64,000 nucleotides of DNA, taken from contig NC_135261.1 of the NCBI RefSeq assembly GCF_964204865.1, positions 9,982,001 to 10,046,000 of the forward strand. The letters run 5' to 3'. The DNA comes from Styela clava. Taxonomy: Eukaryota. Positions 35,601 to 46,805 of this stretch are shown here, piece by piece (the stretch's first letter is position 1; every line of letters starts with the position of its first letter). A program made the position numbers and the translations under genes. The notes beneath the pieces are model-generated. The model saw only the letters and a list, made by a program, of their open reading frames with translations. It searched no databases and was not told the DNA's origin.

Positions 35601-37665
35601 CGGTATATAGAGCTGCATGATGAAGTCTACAATGCTCCCCAGGCCCCACATATGGACAAATTCGAAGGGTGATTTAAACTGGACTAAAGTGTTTGGTTTG
35701 CAAAATTGATAAATGATATGTTTGGTTAGCTAGTCAGGTTTTGAATAGAGATGCACTTTTCGACGAATACTGATAAAGAGATTTTATCTGAGCATGGTCC
35801 AAATGCAATTTGGCTTACTTTGCGGTTGAATTTAAGTGGACAGAGATGTTTAACGTTTTTTCTAACAGAAATATTAGCATTTCGAATTTGCAGAAACTCG
35901 TTCATTTTGTTTGCCGGAACATCGGCATCTGTTGAACAGATTTTTTCTCCATTGTTAAAATTTTCTGGTCTGGAAGCAGGTTCAGAATGCCAGAAGAAAA
36001 TATAAAAGCACTCGTAACCTGCAAATTTAATGGTGATGTCTCTTGTTATCAGTTTTATGACAAAATCAAAACAAGAATTTTTGAGAAGGGTTCCATCTGC
36101 AAACAAATACTTTTGGTCTAAACTAAATAAATAATACAAAATATTTTTTTGTGATTTCTCTAATTCAATGATCAGTATAGAGATTTACAGCCGTATATAC
36201 CCGCAATGGCATGGTAGACGTTTCAATATTACAAAGACTGGCAATCAACCGAATGTTTGCCAAATCGCACCGTCCCGGTTTTTTGTTTCAGATTTATGGT
36301 AAGCCTATACAAAAGTGAAGTAGGAAAAACAACATCATTATGACATATTGTATGAGTAAATATATTCTCGACGCAATTTTTCGATGGAAGATTCATTCCC
36401 CAATGGCAGTATGTGTGGCCCAGAGTAAGATTTAAAACATATTATAGCCTACAAGTATAAAGTGATTTGTCCAATTGTAACATTGTAAAAATCAATGTGA
36501 TCTGTCATCTATTTATGGCTTTAAAATGAACAGTCACGTTCTGATTACGTCGTAAATCCGTGTTAGATTTTTGTATCTTGCTATCCAAAATTTCTGGTAC
36601 TTTACCACCCCAATTCACTCCTATTGCATCCAGTTACCAAACTCATTTGAGTCATGTCTGCTACTTCATTGCGTGGACATTTTGGAAAAGCAATAAAACA
36701 TATATATATATACATATGCCCCAAAATAATTCAATCTTTTTTTCACTAAATTGCAGGTGAATGGATTCGTTATCATGTGCTATCCGCAAAAGACGTTTCC
36801 GTAGCAATTAACGTCTGTATTGGAACACTGGGCGGGGCTGTGTTTCTTTCTTTCCTATCTACTGTCATCCTGGTTGTTAGCACTCGCAAGAACCTTTTGA
36901 GTGGGAATTTATTAGCGTTAACTGCATCCGCTTTCTCGGGTTAGTTTTGTCGTTAGTTTAGTTTTTTTTTACTATATTTTTCCCAGGAAAACATTGCATG
37001 CACCCGACCCTGCATTTGTTTGAAGGTCGGGAGAGTCACTCAGAATACTGACTGCGTGGTTTTAAATAGTTGTGAATGCCGGAACATTTGTGTGTGTTTC
37101 AAACTAGAGTGCACAATTGAGACGAGGAACCATATATACCTGATTTTTAGGACAGTTATTAAAATTAGCACAAAAACGCTAACCAATTTTTTTCACTGCA
37201 TTTTAACTGGTAATTAAATTCGTAATGACATGATTTAATGCAATTATGGAGTATTTTAGTCATATATAATTATCGCTGCATACAGTTTTGGACGTAATTC
37301 AGTGTGGAAAAGATTGAAAACCTGGATGGTTATCGATTTTTTAAAAATGAGTAAAAATCACAGAAAAGTGTGCTTTTAAAGAAATTCTGATCTCGCGTAT
37401 TTTACCTAACCCTAATATATTTCATTTTACTATCTGCTCAGCGAAATCTTGTAAACGAGAGTGAATGAAACTATTTTTTTTATATTTAGTACTCTTTGTT
37501 GTCGCTGGAATCATTATCTTTGCAACGATGTTGGTTGAAGATTCTGGAAAAATTAAAAAGTTATACCTTACTAAAGCAATTGCGTTCGGATATAGCTTCA
37601 TTTTGGCATGTATTGGTGGAGCTTTAAATCTCGTTTCTACTCTATTATGTGCATTTGCAGCTTGA
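20698..37665 (+). CDS. PMP22/EMP/MP20/claudin-superfamily tetraspan membrane protein, 177 aa
   Basis: Exons 20698-20872, 36757-36939 and 37490-37665 (phases 1,1; open frame). Four hydrophobic segments, ATPNW...GLF-x2-C-x8-C first loop, and GYSFILA before TM4. Confidence 0.85.
23176..26703 (-). CDS. pol: BEL/Pao Pol (RT - RNase H - integrase)
   Basis: RT: YLPHQPV, KVRLVFDA, SLNDQLLQGP, ADIEAMFLQ, FGNTSSPF, YIDD. RNase H: FGDAS...PRLE...WSDS...NPAD. Integrase: HHCC and D(NFGP)-D(NGSNF)-E(R). The frame is open from just after the TGA at 26704-26706. Confidence 0.95.
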   Translation of the reverse strand, partial: SILGKKKKNERRGTTNEPVAKRSILGWSLVGPAFNKASRNESFHVQVNLAEVKREDLQQQIREMWETDFKDISLTPTPTLSREDKYALQLMEDNIKMVDGHYQSSLPWKPGCPEFPNNRDAVMRRTNNLGKRLLRNDVLRDKYCSTMAEFIKKGLARKIPAAEFEAPIGKAWYLPHQPVTSEQKPGKVRLVFDAGARYLNTSLNDQLLQGPDMANGLLSVLLRFRMYKYGITADIEAMFLQARVTPRDVDALRFLFWPDGDLTKTPVDHQMLVHCFGNTSSPFCANYCLRRTAEDFGKDFPSDISDNIKDNSYIDDFLLGADSISEGKRIVKQTSELTECGGFHLNKWRSNSEEIISCVPEKDRAQIQANVNLDPNRVERVLGVVWFVVEDCFGFNTKLKPKPDTKRGVLAILSSVFDPMGIVSPVILQARLIFQELCRQQLGWDETIGENEQIAWESWTKAIPELSEVKLPRYIKPNSFGVIVSQELHHFGDASQVAYGSVSYLRLSDENGQIHCSFLLGKSRLCPIKTICSLPRLEITAAALCVRVDMFLRRQLKFEKNVKSIFWSDSTATIQSIYNSSKRFPTFIANRLAKIEEGSEPHQWRYVPSELNPADYASRGMTAKKLIAKKSWLQGPEFLYQNEENWPQMPVKLPHLPLEFIQKKPMNVLINLVTENEPLDKFINYYSSWYKLKKATAWIIRFKIYLQAKPTVQKGELQTEELRRSENELIKYLQNCELNKVIAKLQNSDVQGKSVLRNLKIAPSMQKLNPVLINGILRVGGRLQNAPIEFDLKHPIILPSNHHITQLIVREYHKSSHHCGASHTWNLLRQKFWIINGAVVVKRNIRNCIFCKKRNASMGKQFMADLPKERVTPDQPPFTCVGVDNFGPLLVKQGRSSVKRWGLIITCATTRAVHLEIVHSMDVNSFINGLRRFIARRGKMSTIICDNGSNFTAGNKVLKKEIQIWNSSKMGEFCRQSDIIFKFNPPTASHFGGFYERLIRSARKILTALLHDQLVTDEALSTIFCEVESQLNSRPLTPISMDPLDEEPLSPNHLLLLKHKANLPPGIFDKKDCYARRRWRQIQYLADQFWIRWSREVLVNLQARHKWLKKEDNFKVNDLVLLVDNTIPRGKWLTGRIMEVIPDKFGAVRQVTVKTSHGFLRRPIAKLCMIQRADE
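26704..29154 (-). CDS. gag: BEL/Pao Gag-protease
   Basis: 816-aa ORF with the three BEL-type Cys/His knuckles (CVICSKDHFLIHC, CRNCLYIGHMARQC, CTERGCGGRHHRMLH) and the aspartic protease motif FLDEGS. Confidence 0.93.
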   Translation of the reverse strand: MSEESHLKVEMAAKPVSQEELERLLADLNGQYRSAEELMLNPRNKEILHSQVKEIDAMFVEYSKAYEVHVAELPVDEEAQRVAKESFQRGSYGYEEFKAHVEEWLSRQESTQIVENPPSKPQSIASRKSSNMSRPRSARTASSYKSTSSSYKRTEAIAVRELAKLKMKQLSELEQAERNTEEINQQAEEMNQRAEEKKRKAQEIKSASEREIRRLQAIHEYQAACVEAEVWERSSNRNERVQFQEIDSGPPIAQLVECEAARAEVNTPQVGQTNCIVPPREPQVRLSLDPVQEVVAEVMNPVNQEFRTRQGGMRQANLVSPVEVPNMPSQDVGSILATMTSTMRDMVDLPKPELLSFHGSHEEYTRFMNSFRINIENKISDDNLRLTYLQQFCKGKARELIRQCSVYPPTEGLTLAKRLLREAYGRPLLIARTYMEELVHGPMLKPDDRDSLLDLSHKMEECYLTLSHWKQYSDLNNFDNIAQLSCRLPLKYHNKWEEEAADYENRNIELKFEHLLKFVKKAAITAQSSMGKAMRAHKEREKAKHPQKKRIYANSTSTSGDGKPEQSTEKKGTFVRNRYRCVICSKDHFLIHCPEFERKSASEREATIREFHICRNCLYIGHMARQCRKNPACTERGCGGRHHRMLHRNVADTKRKEQSTSSATQTATSGSTLTNYTRNSAGVYLNIVPVKVSSPQGREIEVYCFLDEGSTSCLCDKRLMELLEMDGEPMSYSITTVNTPNPQKQDGFALDLTVKPLKGEGCVTLHRVLTVDEIPTVPNKLPKRIELQRHEYLEGIEFPKLPDERVMLMIGVNVRT
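29979..34651. mobile_element. Foldback-type element, 4673 bp, with ~1.3-kb modular inverted arms
   Basis: Ends GGGTCTCCCTAAAACCAGGCACTTGCG / CGCAAGTGCCTGGTTTTAGGGAGACCC. TSD ATTTATCA (8 bp, or 9 bp CATTTATCA); the empty site is visible in the other LTR (~22716-22724). Arms at ~29979-31290 and ~33360-34651, each with ~2.5 tandem ~420-bp units. The ~2-kb loop has no intact ORF. Confidence 0.92.
31769..31885. mobile_element. Small MITE inside the foldback loop
   Basis: GGCGCTCCCGTAGTA...TACTACGGGAGCACC inverted ends; same family as 19287-19499 and 19753-19850. Confidence 0.65.
35100..35463. mobile_element. Orphan right end of a Buster-type hAT element within the Blackjack relic
   Basis: Ends AAAAGGTTGCCGACCCCTG, followed by CCGTAGAT (nnnTAnnn). 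Transposase-like sequence stops at ~35095 and resumes after 35463. The left end was not found, so the left boundary is approximate. Confidence 0.5.
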
Positions 37666-38000
37666 AAACATCAGAGGAAATAAATTTGAATTGACATTTT
37701 TATAGTTTATTGTGACCACGTTTTTTCATTATTCTTATTAACAATGTGTAAAGCTACAAATAACAATGTGTGACAAGCAATGACTTCTAATTAAGCCATT
37801 ATTTTACCGCATTTAATTATTGGACACTTTAATATATATATTTCAAAACTTTCTGTGGGATTTATGTAATTCGCTTTTCATTTCGAAATTTTTTGTGATG
37901 ACCTCTTCAAAATTATTTGTAGCGGATTTTCGACATCTCTCGTGCTACACAAACGCAGAACGTTTTTGACGTTACCGGTACTACAAAAAGTGAGGTAGCC

Positions 38001-38185
38001 GGTTCCCGTACATTTGAACCCCGTACATTTGAACCCATGACAATTATATCTGCGTACAATTGCACCTATGAAAATTTTTTGGTTTGCGGATATTTGAACC
38101 CATACTAACCCTAACCCATGAGTTTTAGCACCCGCATATAGATTGAACTCGCGGATAAACACATGGGTTCAAATGTACGGTTACC
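38001..38185. mobile_element. MITE, second copy of the 10233-10435 family (inverted)
   Basis: Same TIR repeats; imperfect 9-bp TSD GAGGTAGCC/AAGGTAGGC. Confidence 0.8.
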
Positions 38186-38902
38186 AAGGTAGGCTACTGC
38201 TTTGCTGTGGTCTCCGTGTCCAGTATATATTTGAGCATCGTTGTGAACAATATGCGTGTTACGTATTTCTAAATATTTGAACCTCTTTTATAGTCTGTGA
38301 ATGTGATATTAAACACTTTCTCTTGTTTTTCTTGATTTTCTTCTTGTTCTGAAAAGTATAATGTAATGTCAATGCGACTGAAATAATATGCATTAAATTC
38401 GTGGATAACATGCAAAAAGTGACCTGATCAATTTTTGCCAGCGAGGTTACGCAAAGTAAATTGTTAGAATTGCAGATTAGGGTTATGGCCTACTAAAAAA
38501 AAATAAATGCTTTTTCAAACAAAAAAGGTGGAAACCGAATTTTGTGATGAGGTACTATATGCTCAATGACCCGTCAATTATTGTATTGTTGTTCGTTTTG
38601 GTGATATTTTTGCCTAGCGTTTGACGCCACGGCTTCAAAAAAAGCTCTGTAAAAACATGTCTGCAAAGTAATTAACGAAGTCGGGCTTGCAGTGAAACTT
38701 AGATTATGTCTGACTTATCAGTCATGACTTGGAACTGTTCTGAACTGTCATGACTTGGAACTGTATGTGTAAATATACAATTGCAATACATGTATTCGGA
38801 ACCAGGAGTATTTCTTCATAAGATCAGATCATAGAGCAACAGAAATAGCCAGAAACAACAGCAAATACAGAAATTACAGCAAATACACATTTGTTCCCTA
38901 AA

Positions 38903-39032
38903 GTTCTGATGAAACGTTTTGGAACGGCTGATGATTGCGCTGGCCTGGCGGCTTATTGAGCTTCAGATGATGCTAGTTACGTCACAGGGGAGGATTTTTG
39001 TAATTTCTGGTGGGTTGTATAGCAAACCATAA
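38903..39032 (+). pseudogene. DHRS4-like 3' fragment
   Basis: Aligns to the last ~42 codons and 3' flank of the intact copies, with a TGA and a frameshift. Confidence 0.8.
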
Positions 39033-39483
39033 GAGTCATGGACTAAAACTTGTTCAGTAAAATGATCGGGACCAAACAGCAACTCGTATTGGAATTAAAC
39101 AGAAAAAAATATTTATTCTTGTTACGACTTGTATACTATTGCAATTTTATTCTAGTTCTTTAAACCATTGCTCATTTTACCTTTTTTTCAATTTTTTTTT
39201 TCGAATACATTAGTCAAAAACTTCGTCAAATAATGAAATTCATTGTATTATCAAGCGAGCGCTATTATTCACGAATAGTTAGCTGTACATAGTATTGTAC
39301 ACCAGCCACAACTGAATCGGAGAAGAAAGCGAGATCAACGCGAGGACTTGCAAAAGTAGTACAGCTGTGTGATTCTTCAACGATACTCACAATTAACTGA
39401 ATAGTTATAGTCCAGAGTATAGGAAATTTATAGCTCTGGCTCTTTTTTCACATAGGCCACATAAGATTAGCTGTAAATTCCGA

Positions 39484-41426
39484 ATGTATCGCCTTTCACG
39501 TCTCTCAAAATATGGGCGGGTGGCGTCCCCGCGTTTTATGTCATCGGCCGGAAATCTTGGTGGCAGAGTGGCAATTATTACTGCAGGAACAGATGGTATA
39601 GGACTTGCAATTGCCAAACGATTGGGACAGAATGGAGCTCGTGTCGTTGTTAGTAGCCGAAAGCAGAAAAATATTGATCGTGCAGTTGATGAATTGAAAT
39701 CAATTGGAATAAAGGTGAATAAATTTTATTTATTTGATTTAATGTATAGGCAAACAATATTGAAATTTGAACGTTCGGTTTACGAATATTGCAAGGTTCT
39801 TGATTAAAAGTGTTTAGAGGTAAGAAAGAGTATTTTGATCTCCATGTCTTTGTTAGACACTTTGACGAGACAATGTCTTTTTTACCAGCTTCCAGTTTCC
39901 TATTGTAGCGAATGTGCATTGTGTAACTATGGATTATAATGTATTTAACCCTTTCATATTAATAGCATGTAACATTTCACAAAATATGACACATTATGTT
40001 TCGCAACAGTGATAATGCATTCGTTTTATGTATTGCCTTTCTCGTATCGACCAATTTAATACAGCGGGAATCGAGCTTTTGAAGTCTTTACTCCTAAGAC
40101 TTGCATCTCTTCTCCCTATACTATCACTGTAGAACACGATCGGAGTAGAATACGATACTTTCTACGCGATAATCAATCAGTGAATATTGAAAAACTTATA
40201 TACTAATTACCAATTCATAAAAATGTCATAATCACCGAGATAAATTATATTAAAACTGGTTAGTCATTGAGAAATGGCTCGGCGTCATTCAACGCAATTA
40301 TGTCGAGTAAAAACACGTTACGACGGTTTATTTCTAATAGAGACAGAATTAAATATTTCAATCCGATTAATATTATTAATTTTAAAAACAACATTTAAAT
40401 CTTACTAAAATAACAAAATTATTCCCGAAAGTGTAATAAATATCCGACCTTATATAAAAGTTTATATCAATTTCCTTTATCTTCATTCTAGAATTTCGAT
40501 CTCGATTTTCGTCCAGCCACGAAAGCTATTCAAGATTGTACTAAGATCCTATTGACTATGATTCACTCATGAACGAATATGACATGCTAATTCTCAAATG
40601 TCCATTCATTATTATACTATTGTGTATGGTATCTTATCATTATGTTCTTGTTGCTGAGAGTGGGAGGAACATGTTGAATTTTAATGAGAAGTAAATATTT
40701 TCTGGCACTGCATGAATTGCTCACCTGCTATCTGACTGTATGATCTTATTGTGAACATTATACCCACGTATCACGATTTACTACTCAACCAAATTAAAAT
40801 TAAGCACTCTTAGATACTCAACTTTTATTTAGGTTTTAGGAATACCATGCGACGTTGCTGATTCTGAGCAAAGACAAAATTTGATCAAAAAGACAATGAA
40901 AGACTTTGGTTCCATAAATATTCTTGTTCAGAATGCTGGAGTCAATCCCCATCTTCTTAACATTATGGAAACTCCAGGAAGCGTTCTTGACAAAACATAC
41001 GGCCTTCATATCAAAGCTAACTTTCAGATCGTACAAGAAATATTTCCTCATATGACCAAAAGTGAGCACCAAGGTTCTATTATATTAACGTCAAGCATTA
41101 TTGGTTATACATCTCAACTTATACCAGGAGCTTATGCAATCACCAAAGCATCGATCAGTGCCATGGTTCGTGCCTTTACGCCAGAACTAATGAATCGAAA
41201 CATACGAATAAATTGTGTCTCCTTTGGAGGAATTGATACTTCGTTTTTTCAAAAAGTTCAACAGAACCAGCCTTTTCGTGATAGTCTATTGAGTTACGTT
41301 CCGATGAAACGTTTTGGAACTGTTGATGAATGCGCCGGCTTTGCGGCTTATTTAGCTTCAGACGATGCTAGTTACGTCACAGGGGAGAATTTCGTAATTG
41401 CTGGAGGGTTGTATAGCAGACCGTGA
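39484..41426 (+). CDS. DHRS4: DHRS4-like NADPH-dependent short-chain dehydrogenase/reductase, intact, 274 aa
   Basis: Exons 39484-39714 and 40833-41426 (phase 0). Motifs [28 protein letters not shown], catalytic S and YAITK, ASYVTGE. Confidence 0.88.
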
Positions 41427-42375
41427 GAGCCAATGAATGAGCAAAAAATTCTATTATAACAAACTTCAATGCATTATCATGCGATGTTATTCAAGACTAT
41501 TTAGTTGCAAATAGAATTCGACGTTACTCATCCTTGAAAAGTGGGGGTAGTTGGAACGCTATCCAGCGTCGTCGTGGAACTGTGAATCTAAATATACTGA
41601 GACTGGTCACGAGGCTCTTATATCGTGATCGATTACGTCTGTTAGACAAATCTGTTCATCATGCAACTGAGCCACGGACTAACGCTGTATAAAAGGGTAA
41701 TCTTACTAATGGATCATGACTTCATAATCATTGATTTATCACACTTCTAATATACGTATTCAATATCATACCATCAATCAGTCTGTTAGTGTGATATAAA
41801 ACAAATAAATTTGTTTATTTTGGGACTCATAACGTCTTACTTCTACAATATGTTGATAACTTATGTGAATGACATTTTTTAATTTGTTTAAGATGCATGT
41901 CCTTTATTTGCGCTTATGTCGAGATTGTACTTTCGAACTCAGGGATTTAACAACTTGTTATTTTCGTGTTTTGATATTTAATACGTTACACAATATAAAA
42001 ACATATGTCAATTGCATCGGAATGAATTTAATTGAACCCGGTGACGCGGTGGCGGTGACCAATAAAAAAAAAGTAATTAGATAGTTCTTCATCAGGTTTT
42101 ATACCTGGGTAAATCATTTGGAACCAATAACGCAACTTTACTCTTAATCCCTGGATCATTGAAAATAAATGCCGATCTTTCATATATGACTAGGTGGAAT
42201 GATATACGTAGCAACGAAATAAACGAAAAAAAATTGAGTTCAAATATATTATTGTTTTATATGCATATACTCATTTTCACTATTTGGTGATAAATATATT
42301 TTTCTTTTCTAAAGTAAACTAAACTTGTCTGGCATAGCCAGAACGATTTGATTTAAAACATACAAATAAATTGTC

Positions 42376-42519
42376 TGTCATTCGGAAGAATTGATACTTC
42401 GTTTCTGAAATCTTTCGAGTTTGATTCCGATGAAACTTTTTGGAACGGATGATGAATGCGTCGGTCTCGAGGCTTATCTGGCTTCAGACGATGCCAGCTC
42501 GTCACATATTAGACCGTAA
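42376..42519 (+). pseudogene. DHRS4-like 3' fragment with internal deletions
   Basis: Aligns to GGIDTSF...[20 protein letters not shown]...RP* and to the shared 3' flank. Confidence 0.75.
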
Positions 42520-43352
42520 GAGCCATGGACCAAAACTTGTTCAGTAACATAATCGGGACCAAACAGCAACTCGTATTGGAATCAGTATAAAATATATAGT
42601 TATTCTTGATACAACTTGTATCCAATTGCAATTTTTTCTAGTTCTTGAACCCATTGCTCATCTTCATTTTTTTTTGTCGAATAGATTAGCCGAAAACTTT
42701 GTCAAAATTCATTGTACTATCTAGCGCTATTGTTCATGAATAGTTAGCTGTACATAGTATTGTACGTCAGTCACAATTGAAGCAGAGAAGAATATTGGCA
42801 AATTATCTTGCATCGTCGTCGGCCATTATTTGGGCAGTTTTAAAAGTAAATACCCAAATAAATTATAACTTATTTTAGTATATATTGATTTATTTGCAAA
42901 TAATCTCGGTCGTTTAGTTACGAAACGCCAGTTTTACCTTGCGTAAGCTTCTCGCAATTTACTACGAATTTTCTTTGGCGCAGCATTCATATTATAACGG
43001 CTGCAGTACCATACAATAATAATGTGCGCGTCCTGATCTATTGGAATAGATGTTTGTATAAGCACTTCATTTTTGTCGACGCGGTTCTATCTAATCGATT
43101 TTTTCAAAATCCGAAACGATTGTCCAAAAGATGTTGATTTTTGTATAAGTTAGTATGAGAAACAGTCAAAAGATTGTCGAAATAGCAGTCAAATCGAAAT
43201 CCGGTGAAATACAGTGCTTTCAAACAAATATTAACTTAACGAAACAAGAAAAATCATGATTATTGAATGTAAATGTAAACTAAGCCTAAATGATGATACT
43301 AACCCAAACGATTGGTGAGATACGAATTTCCAACCGACTCACGACGAAATAG

Positions 43353-44305
43353 GGAAAATATATACCAGAAAAATTCTTTTGGCAGGAATATTTCAATATC
43401 CCTTGTGTGAAATGGAATAAGTATTTCACAAACTCATATTTATCAACTATTGAAACAAAACATAGATCTTTTCAAATGAATTATTTTTTTATAAAGCTAA
43501 AATTCTGAATGATGTTTTATATGGATTCGGACTAGTGGAAACAAACCTCTGTGAATTTTGTAAATTACATATTGAAACCCTTTTGCATTTATTTTATTAT
43601 TGTCCAATCACCAGTGAATTTTGGTCTGACATAGACGAATGGATTGTCTTTAGGACCGAAAACTTGGATTTTAATCTTGGAATGAAAGAATGTTTTATTG
43701 GCTTCGATGACATTCCTGATATCCAACTCATCAACTGTGTGCAGCTAGCTGCACGTTTCTTTATATATAGATGCCTGATTCAAAAGCGTAAACTAGTTCT
43801 TGATGTTTTTTATAACTTCATTTCTGATATTCGAAACAATGAGAAATACATAGCAATGAAAAATGGTAAAATCCTGATACACAATACAAAATAGCGTTTC
43901 TTTATATAATCATTGATTACTTAGCCAAAACCTGACAACTGTGGTATTTTTTTTTTCTCATTTGTTTATAGTCTTTATGTAATATATATTTAAGTCTGAG
44001 ATTTTCAAAAAAAAAAAATCATGTTTATTCTGTAAGATAATTTGATTAAAAATGTTATGTTCATGTTATGAAAAAATACTCGAGTAATATTACTATTTAT
44101 TTATTTCTATGTTTTTATGTATAAAATCCAAAATTATCTACGGAATGGTTTATGGAATTTATTAATATTGTTTACTGCTAAAGTGTTCTATAATTCATGT
44201 CATATAGAGTGATCTGAAATGATATTGTTATATATTGTTTTTTGATTTTGAACAATATTGTTTATTGCAATATTGTTTTTATTCAATAAAAATTCAATAA
44301 AAAAA
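43353..44305 (+). mobile_element. 5'-truncated L1/Tx1-clade LINE (ORF2 C-terminal zinc-binding region + 3' UTR)
   Basis: LCEFCKLHIETLLHLFYYCPITSEFW (zf-RVT-type CCHC), FIYRC, AT-rich 3' UTR ending AATAAAAATTCAATAAAAAAA. Degenerate ~17-bp TSD GACTCACGACGAAATAG / GGCTCACGCCAAAAGAG. Confidence 0.8.
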
Positions 44306-44927
44306 GGCTCACGCCAAAAGAGATTCGCGACAACGCCGAAGTGGTCAGGGTTCAATGTCCAAGTTACAGTCGCCAGTTCAGTGACATGAGCAAAACACTA
44401 AGAGCGGCCACTGTCTAGCTAAAATCATGACCGCTACACATACGTGATTGCAAGTTTGATATATACAGACTTATTTCTGACTATTTCGTGACGATGATAT
44501 ATCACAACTATACTGAGAACTAAATGGGCGTTCGCAAGGTATGAAACATGTCTTTCATTAAACGAAAATATTGATTAGAGCACAAATGAGATCAACACAA
44601 TGACTTACAAATATAATATATATAGCTGTGTAATTCTCCAACGAATATCAAAATTGAATACTGTAAGTTACTGTATATTTACTCCAGAGTATGAAAATTG
44701 TTTTGGCAGGGTCTAAAGCAAGCTTAAGGTTATGTATGCATGACCACAGATGTTGAAATGTTAAACTCAACATAGAGCGTTGACACATGAAAACTATTTG
44801 CAAATAACGAAACAACAGTCACAGTGTGCAATCTTTATTTGCTTAAAAAAACAGTCAGCAATGAGCGTGTTTCTAATTGTTTGCTTTTATTCCATATAGG
44901 CCACATTGGGTTAGCTGTAAATTCCGA

Positions 44928-45158
44928 ATGTATCGTCTTTTAAGTTTCTCAAAATATAGGCGGGTGACGTCTCCGCGTTTTATGTCCTCGGCTGGAAATC
45001 TAGAAGGAAGAGTGGCAATTGTTGCTGCAGGAACGGATGGTACAGGACTTGCAATTGCCAAACGATTGGGACAGAATGGAGCTCATGTCGTTGTTAGTAG
45101 CCGAAAGCAGAAAAATATTGATCGCGCAGTTGATGAATTGATTTCAATTGGAGTAAAG
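44928..45158 (+). pseudogene. DHRS4-like exon 1 only
   Basis: 231-nt exon 1 with donor. About 95 bp into the intron the sequence jumps to the post-gene flank (45253+), so exon 2 is deleted. Confidence 0.85.
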
Positions 45159-46805
45159 GTGAATAAATTATTTAATGTATAAGTAAACAATATCGAAATT
45201 TGATTAATTTATTACTTTGCAAACGTTCGGTTTTACGAATATTGCAAGATACTTACCCAACTCGGAGCAGTGAAGGGAATTGGAACGCTATCCAGAACGT
45301 GTAACGATGAATCTTTGAATACTTAGGCTGGTCACGTGAATCTTATATCGTGGTTGATTACTTATGTAAGGCACATCTGTTTCAAGTGTATGAAGCTGTA
45401 TACAGATTAATCTCTCTAATGAATCATGACGTCATGAGCCATTATTTTATGACATTTCCAATATATTCATCCCATATAAAACTATCATACGTATAATCTT
45501 TTAATGTGATATAAAACAATCAAATGTGCTTGATTCAGGAATATTCACGTCTTTTGTCTTCGATATGTTGATAACTTGCGAATGACATTTTTTATTATAT
45601 GGTCAAGATATACATGTCTTTTATTTATGTTTAAGTTTAGACTGGACCTACTGACTCAGGTACTTATCGTCGTTGACCAGTTGGGTCAGATTTGATAGCG
45701 CTGCTGGGCCCTAGCCCAAATATGCGAGCCCGGCTCTACTTTATTCAATAATCATGCAATAGATCAATCATATAATTGTTTTGTTTTTAGATACTCATTC
45801 TCACTATTTGGTAATAAATATATATATTTCTTTTTTCGAAAAGTATTGTAATTCGTAAAGTAACATCTGACATTGTCAGTAAGATTTGGTACTGTGACCG
45901 GCGCTTCATAAAGAGACTTGACTGGTTTCATCAACTACTTAGTTGAAGCTCACGTGACCAGATGCTTTTGAACAAGTAACAATTATGTTGATGCTTCATA
46001 TGCTGACATTTTTACATTAACATTTGTTGGAACAGGAAATTGAATTTTGAACTAGATTGAAATCACAATTACAGTTGACAAATCGGATACCAAACAAATT
46101 TTTAAGAAAATTATATAAAAATACCCGTATGTATATTATAGTTCGATATCTATTATTATGAAACGAAAAGTTTTCGATTTTGGCAACAAGCAGTACATAT
46201 TAAAAACTAATTAGTCAAATTGCATCTAAATTGTAAAATGAGTTGGTGGCGGTGGAATCTCCCCCGTTCGCCGCTGCCTAAAAAATTTATTGCACTCTGG
46301 GTGAGATGGAGCATTGTTTAAAACCCAAATTCTCACAAGCGCTATCTATATATAGTATATAGCAGGGGTGGCCAACACGTCGATCGCCACGTCTCGAGCA
46401 GTCGATCGCGTCTGATGTAGAGTGTATTTCATTGAAATACCACCAAACCTTGAACCAGTTGTGTGTTTTATAACAAGAAGAATACAGTAATTTACACGCG
46501 CAAAATGCAATATACACATACAGTATTCAAGTCTGGGCAAGGCCAAGAAAGCATATTATAACGTGACAAAGGCAAGTTTTTTCGTTGCCAAGGTTTAAAA
46601 ATGAAGTGCCGGATATCGCGTGTCTAGACTGACAAACAATCCTACAATTACTTCTTCAGTATGAGTATGTTATTGTCTCACTCCAAGAGTGGTGTGATGA
46701 ATTTTATTCGCAATGGTGGCAGTGGCATTGAAATGCCCAATTTGTTCTAGTTCTAAGCAAGCGAGAAAATTGTAAATTAGATAGGCTACTGAAGTTGAGC
46801 ATTCA

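Larger units (their letters stand above)
21155..36307 (+). mobile_element. hAT DNA transposon relic (Blackjack-like), ~2.1 kb of its own sequence, interrupted by nested elements
   Basis: TIRs TAGGCTTACCATA / TATGGTAAGCCTA, 8-bp TSD TACAAAAG, subterminal GTCCCGG repeats. Decayed transposase: zinc finger CTHC...SDVNDHIQSRKHK (~21530-21615); VTFDASNRKNLKLVPVVVRYF (~21930-21995), resuming after the LTR element as VGVKIKLLELKSLPRETA (35014+); hAT C-terminal GTSASVEQIFS (~35915-35950). Confidence 0.88.

Noticed and set aside
45850-46110. Coding-looking stretch (minus strand FPVPTNVNVKMSAYEAST...KPVKSLYEAPVTVPNL) in all three units
   Set aside because: Stops in the frame in every copy and no recognisable family; cannot be supported without a database search.
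46345-46362. TCTATATATAG as a Helitron 5' end
   Set aside because: No matching 3' hairpin/CTRR end; it is a short TA-rich expansion around the hAT target site.
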